From: Chthoniobacterales bacterium
Lineage (GTDB): Bacteria; Verrucomicrobiota; Verrucomicrobiia; Chthoniobacterales; Chthoniobacteraceae
Direction of reading: 5' to 3'
Length of the DNA: 64,000 nt
Assembly (NCBI GenBank): GCA_038207335.1
Contig: JBBQZX010000006.1
Span: 32,001 to 96,000, forward strand
Under the pieces are notes generated by a model, which was not told the origin of the DNA, ran no database searches, and worked only from the letters and a program-made list of their open reading frames with translations. The translations under genes were made by a program, and so were the position numbers. Positions 60,614 to 64,000 of the stretch are shown in pieces; within the stretch, counting starts at the first letter, position 1, and each line of letters starts with the position of its first letter.

Positions 60614-61966
60614 TTGAACCCGATTCTCATCATCGAAGACGAGCACGCGCTCGCGTCCGCGCTCGTCGCTGTCTGCCAGCGTCTCGGCCGCACCGCGCAG
60701 CCGTGCTACTCCGCAAAACGCGGACTCGACGCAGCCGCGCGCGCCGAGTTCGACCTTGTGATTTTGGACATCGGGTTGCCGGACATGAGCGGGCTCGACG
60801 TGTTGAAAAAACTGCGCGCCTCGGCTCCCGCGCTGCCCGTCGTCATCGTCACTGCGCACGGCAGCCTCGATAACGCCGTGGCCGCCCGAAAACACGGCGC
60901 GGTCGCGTATCTCGTGAAGCCGCTCGACCTGCACGAAGTCCAGGAAACCGTGCGCATCGCGCTCGCCGCGCTGCGCCCCTCCGCGGTGCGAAAAGCCGAG
61001 CCGCGAACGCTGCTCATCGGCGGTACCACCGCGCTTCAAAAAAGCTTCGTGGAAATCGCGCACGCCTGCGCCAGCGACGCGCCCGTCCTGCTATCCGGCG
61101 CGACCGGCACGGGCAAGACGCTGACCGCGCGAATCATCCACACGAACAGTGCGCGAGCCGACGCGCCATTCGTCGCGCTGCATTGCAGCGCGCTGCCGGA
61201 GGCGCTCTTGGAGAGCGAGCTTTTCGGTCATGAGAAGCACGCCTTCACCGGTGCCAACACCGCGCGCGCCGGGCACATCGAGCGTGCGGAAGGCGGCACG
61301 CTTTTCCTCGACGAAATCGCGGACATCTCGCTCGCGATCCAAGCGAAGCTTTTGCGCTTCGTAGAAGAGCGCGCCTTCCATCGAGTTGGCGGTCGCGAAG
61401 ATCGGCGTGTCGATTGCCGCATCATCACTGCGACCAATAAAAGCCTGCGCGAAGAAGTGAAGGCGGGTCGCTTCCGCGAGGATTTATATTACCGCCTGCA
61501 CGTCCTCGAAATCGAGATGCCTGCGCTCCGCGAGCGCCGCGCGGACATCCCTGCGCTCGCTCGATATTTCCTCGCGCAACTCGCGCCACAGCGCCTCCTC
61601 GAACTCGGCAACGAAACGCTGCGACTGCTCGAAAGGCACGACTGGCCCGGCAACGTCCGCGAGCTCCGCAACGTGATGGAACACGTCGTCGCAGTCACGC
61701 CTGCGGCGACGATCCTGCCGTCTCACCTGCCGCGCGATTTTGCGCCCGCGCGAAAATCAGCACCCGCACCTGCCTTGCGTCCCGCGCTTCATGAATGGCT
61801 CACGCAGCAACTCGAAAGAGGAGCGAATTTTGACCAAATCGAGCACGCCCTCGAAGCACTGGTGCTGCAAGACTTGCTCCCGCGTTACGACGAAAAGCCA
61901 ACGCTGATGGCGCGCGAATTGGAAATCAACCGCGTGACTCTTCGACGGAAAATGAGTCGGCTTTAG
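60614..61966 (+). CDS. sigma54-dependent response regulator (NtrC family)
   Basis: Receiver domain; GATGTGKT, ESELFGHEKHAFTGA, GTLFLDEI, FREDLYYRL, WPGNVRELRN; Fis-type HTH. Confidence 0.95.
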   Translation: MNPILIIEDEHALASALVAVCQRLGRTAQPCYSAKRGLDAAARAEFDLVILDIGLPDMSGLDVLKKLRASAPALPVVIVTAHGSLDNAVAARKHGAVAYLVKPLDLHEVQETVRIALAALRPSAVRKAEPRTLLIGGTTALQKSFVEIAHACASDAPVLLSGATGTGKTLTARIIHTNSARADAPFVALHCSALPEALLESELFGHEKHAFTGANTARAGHIERAEGGTLFLDEIADISLAIQAKLLRFVEERAFHRVGGREDRRVDCRIITATNKSLREEVKAGRFREDLYYRLHVLEIEMPALRERRADIPALARYFLAQLAPQRLLELGNETLRLLERHDWPGNVRELRNVMEHVVAVTPAATILPSHLPRDFAPARKSAPAPALRPALHEWLTQQLERGANFDQIEHALEALVLQDLLPRYDEKPTLMARELEINRVTLRRKMSRL

Positions 61967-61982
61967 CGATCTCGATCAGCTT

Positions 61983-62513
61983 CTACTTTGTCGCGTCCTT
62001 GATCGTGTCGCCGATTTTCTGCGCGGTTTCTTCGATCGCGTTGCCTGCCTTTTTCGCGCCCGCCTCGAGTTCCGCGCCGACGTGCACCGTGGCGTCTTTT
62101 GCTTTCTCCGCGCCAGTCCGCGCGTCTGGCGCGGGCTCGATGCCCACAGCGGATTTCGTCTCCATCGCGGAAAAGCGCGCGGCCTGTTTGATTCGGTAGG
62201 ATTCGAGATTTTTCCGTTTCACGGCAGCCTCCGCGCGATCGTCCCCCGCAGTTTTTGCCACGCGCGCATCGAGTTCCGCGATCTCGCCATCGAGTTCGGC
62301 CATCGCCGTTTTCACGTCGGCCCGATGCTCTGCGGTGGGCGCGCGATCGAACGCATCGATCGCGTCGCCGAGCCGCATTGTCTCCAGCGTTTTGGTCTGT
62401 ACATCAGGTTCCGCCATCGACGCGGTCGGAGCGGTGACCGCGGTTTTGCGATCGCACGCGGTGACAAAGATGAATGAGGTCGTTGCGATTGCGGCGGCGG
62501 TGGATGCGTTCAT
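61983..62513 (-). CDS. Putative lipoprotein, coiled-coil, Ala/Lys-rich tail
   Basis: Lipobox-like FVTA-C, heptad-rich middle, KKAGNAIEETAQKIGDTIKDA tail. Confidence 0.7.
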   Translation of the reverse strand: MNASTAAAIATTSFIFVTACDRKTAVTAPTASMAEPDVQTKTLETMRLGDAIDAFDRAPTAEHRADVKTAMAELDGEIAELDARVAKTAGDDRAEAAVKRKNLESYRIKQAARFSAMETKSAVGIEPAPDARTGAEKAKDATVHVGAELEAGAKKAGNAIEETAQKIGDTIKDATK

Positions 62514-62592
62514 ATTCAAAGGATTCGCGGTTGCAGCCGGGTTCGGCGGTGTTGCGCACAGTCGCGTTTCGTCGAGGATGCGCGCCCGCAAA

Positions 62593-63843
62593 ATGTCATC
62601 AACTTCCACCAAACCCTACGCCCTGCTGCGGCGCGGACCCTTCGCCCGCTACATGGCCGGCGACGCGATCTCCATGATGGGCTCGTGGATGCAGCAGATG
62701 GCACAGGGGTGGGTAGTTGCGGGGCTCACGACGAGCGCCTTCACGCTCGGGCTCGTGAATTTCGCCTCCGGCCTGCCGATGCTCGTGCTCACGATGTTTG
62801 GTGGTGTGATCGCCGATCGTTACGACAAAAGGCGCATCCTCGGCGCGGTGCTGATCGCGCAGGCGGCGCTCGCGATCGCTGTGGGCTGGCTGGTCCGCAG
62901 CGGACACATTGAAATCTGGCATGTCGCGTTCGCCGGGATGCTGCTCGGAGTTTCCACCGCCTTCGAGGTGCCCGCCGCCGCCGCGATCGTGCCGGAACTC
63001 GTGGCGAAAGAAGAGCTGCAGGCCGCCATCGCGATCGACCGTTCCGTCTTTCACGCGACGCGCCTCGTCGGCCCCGCGCTCGGCGGATGGATAATCGGAA
63101 CGCTCGGCACGGCCTCCGCGTTCTTCGCAAACGCGGCCAGCTACTCCGCGATGCTGATCGCGCTTTTCACGATCTCGCCGAGAAAACGAGGCACCGATGC
63201 GGAGGAACATGCGCGGCAGAAAGGCGGAATGCGCGATGGCCTCGTGTATGTGCGCGCCGACGCGCCGACGCGCTCTATGATCGCGCTGATGACTGTCTCC
63301 ACGATTTTCATCGCGCCGTTTTTCATGGTGCTCTTGCCTCTGTATTCGCGGCAGGTGCTCGCTTTCACGCCACGTCAGCACGGGTTGCTGATGGCCTCCT
63401 CCGGCTTTGGCGCGCTGGTCGGCTCTGTGCGCCTGCTCGCGATTGCGCAGGCGCATCGTGCGATTTATTTGCGCTGCGGCGCTGGGCTGCTGTCGCTCGC
63501 GATGGCCGTGTTGTCAGCGGCGCGCGTGCTCGGCGTCGCGATGCCCGCGATGATCGCACTAACCATCGGCACATCGACGATCTGGGGCCTCGCAAACACC
63601 ATCGTGCAGGAGCGCGCTCCGGACCACATTCGCGGGCGCATCTCCGCGATCACGGGCCTCAGCTTTTTCGGCGTCCTGCCTTTCGCCGGGCTGCTTGCAT
63701 CGAAGCTCGCGGACTTTGCAGGGATGCGGAGCGCGATGCTCTCCGGCGCGATTTGCTTCGCTTTGTGCGCGATCTATTTGCTCCGCTCGAAACGTTGCAT
63801 CCCGGAAACCTGCGGCACTCCCGACGAAACACCGCCCGCCTGA
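62593..63843 (+). CDS. MFS transporter (MFS_3/H+ antiporter-like)
   Basis: SMMGSWMQQMAQGW, GGVIADRYDKRR, RLVGPALGG, PDHIRGR; about 12 TM segments. Confidence 0.93.
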   Translation: MSSTSTKPYALLRRGPFARYMAGDAISMMGSWMQQMAQGWVVAGLTTSAFTLGLVNFASGLPMLVLTMFGGVIADRYDKRRILGAVLIAQAALAIAVGWLVRSGHIEIWHVAFAGMLLGVSTAFEVPAAAAIVPELVAKEELQAAIAIDRSVFHATRLVGPALGGWIIGTLGTASAFFANAASYSAMLIALFTISPRKRGTDAEEHARQKGGMRDGLVYVRADAPTRSMIALMTVSTIFIAPFFMVLLPLYSRQVLAFTPRQHGLLMASSGFGALVGSVRLLAIAQAHRAIYLRCGAGLLSLAMAVLSAARVLGVAMPAMIALTIGTSTIWGLANTIVQERAPDHIRGRISAITGLSFFGVLPFAGLLASKLADFAGMRSAMLSGAICFALCAIYLLRSKRCIPETCGTPDETPPA

Positions 63844-64000
63844 CTACGGCAGTTCCTTGAGCTGGATGTGCCGGTATTCCATCTGCCCGCGGTCGGCCTC
63901 CAGCCCGATCGGGCCGGTAGCCGGGACTTTGAGCGCGGCCTCGAGCACCTCGCCGTTGCAGGTGCAGTGCGCGACGCCGTCCTTCACCGTCACCTCAATG
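63844..64000 (-). CDS. DUF1080 (3-keto-disaccharide hydrolase) family protein, 3' end only
   Basis: Hand translation IEVTVKDGVAHCTCNGEVLEAALKVPATGPIGLEADRGQMEYRHIQLKELP*. Confidence 0.75.
   Translation of the reverse strand, partial: IEVTVKDGVAHCTCNGEVLEAALKVPATGPIGLEADRGQMEYRHIQLKELP

Overview
GC-rich chromosomal segment whose gene content points to Verrucomicrobiota, most plausibly a Spartobacteria/Chthoniobacterales-like organism (inference from PEP-CTERM passenger-repeat proteins, PSD1/DUF1501 genes, an OB-fold-like sensor kinase, a lamin-tail/CotH protein and the L28 sequence type). It holds about 40 credible intact CDS, 2 tRNAs (Ser-TGA, Arg-CCG) and a c-di-AMP (ydaO/yuaA) riboswitch ahead of kup. 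Decayed DNA includes a sialate O-acetylesterase pseudogene, a frameshifted beta-helix enzyme, a 343-bp internally deleted IS, a BglII/BstYI-type restriction endonuclease relic, two headless membrane-protein fragments and an orphan C-terminal domain next to REP-like repeats. I saw no CRISPR array, prophage or intact transposase. The best candidate for an undescribed system is at 57.3-62.0 kb: a small (296 aa) predicted outer-membrane beta-barrel with a TonB-box-like N-terminal segment, co-oriented with tonB, preceded by a sigma54-type promoter and divergent from a sensor kinase/NtrC-family pair. Other leads are paired CTACC-N6-GGTAG operator-like boxes between a NarL regulator and a PEP-CTERM gene, a stand-alone 10-heme cytochrome/LVIVD protein, and a small unknown protein apparently co-transcribed with rpmB. 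All family calls come from motif recognition by eye; no searches were run.
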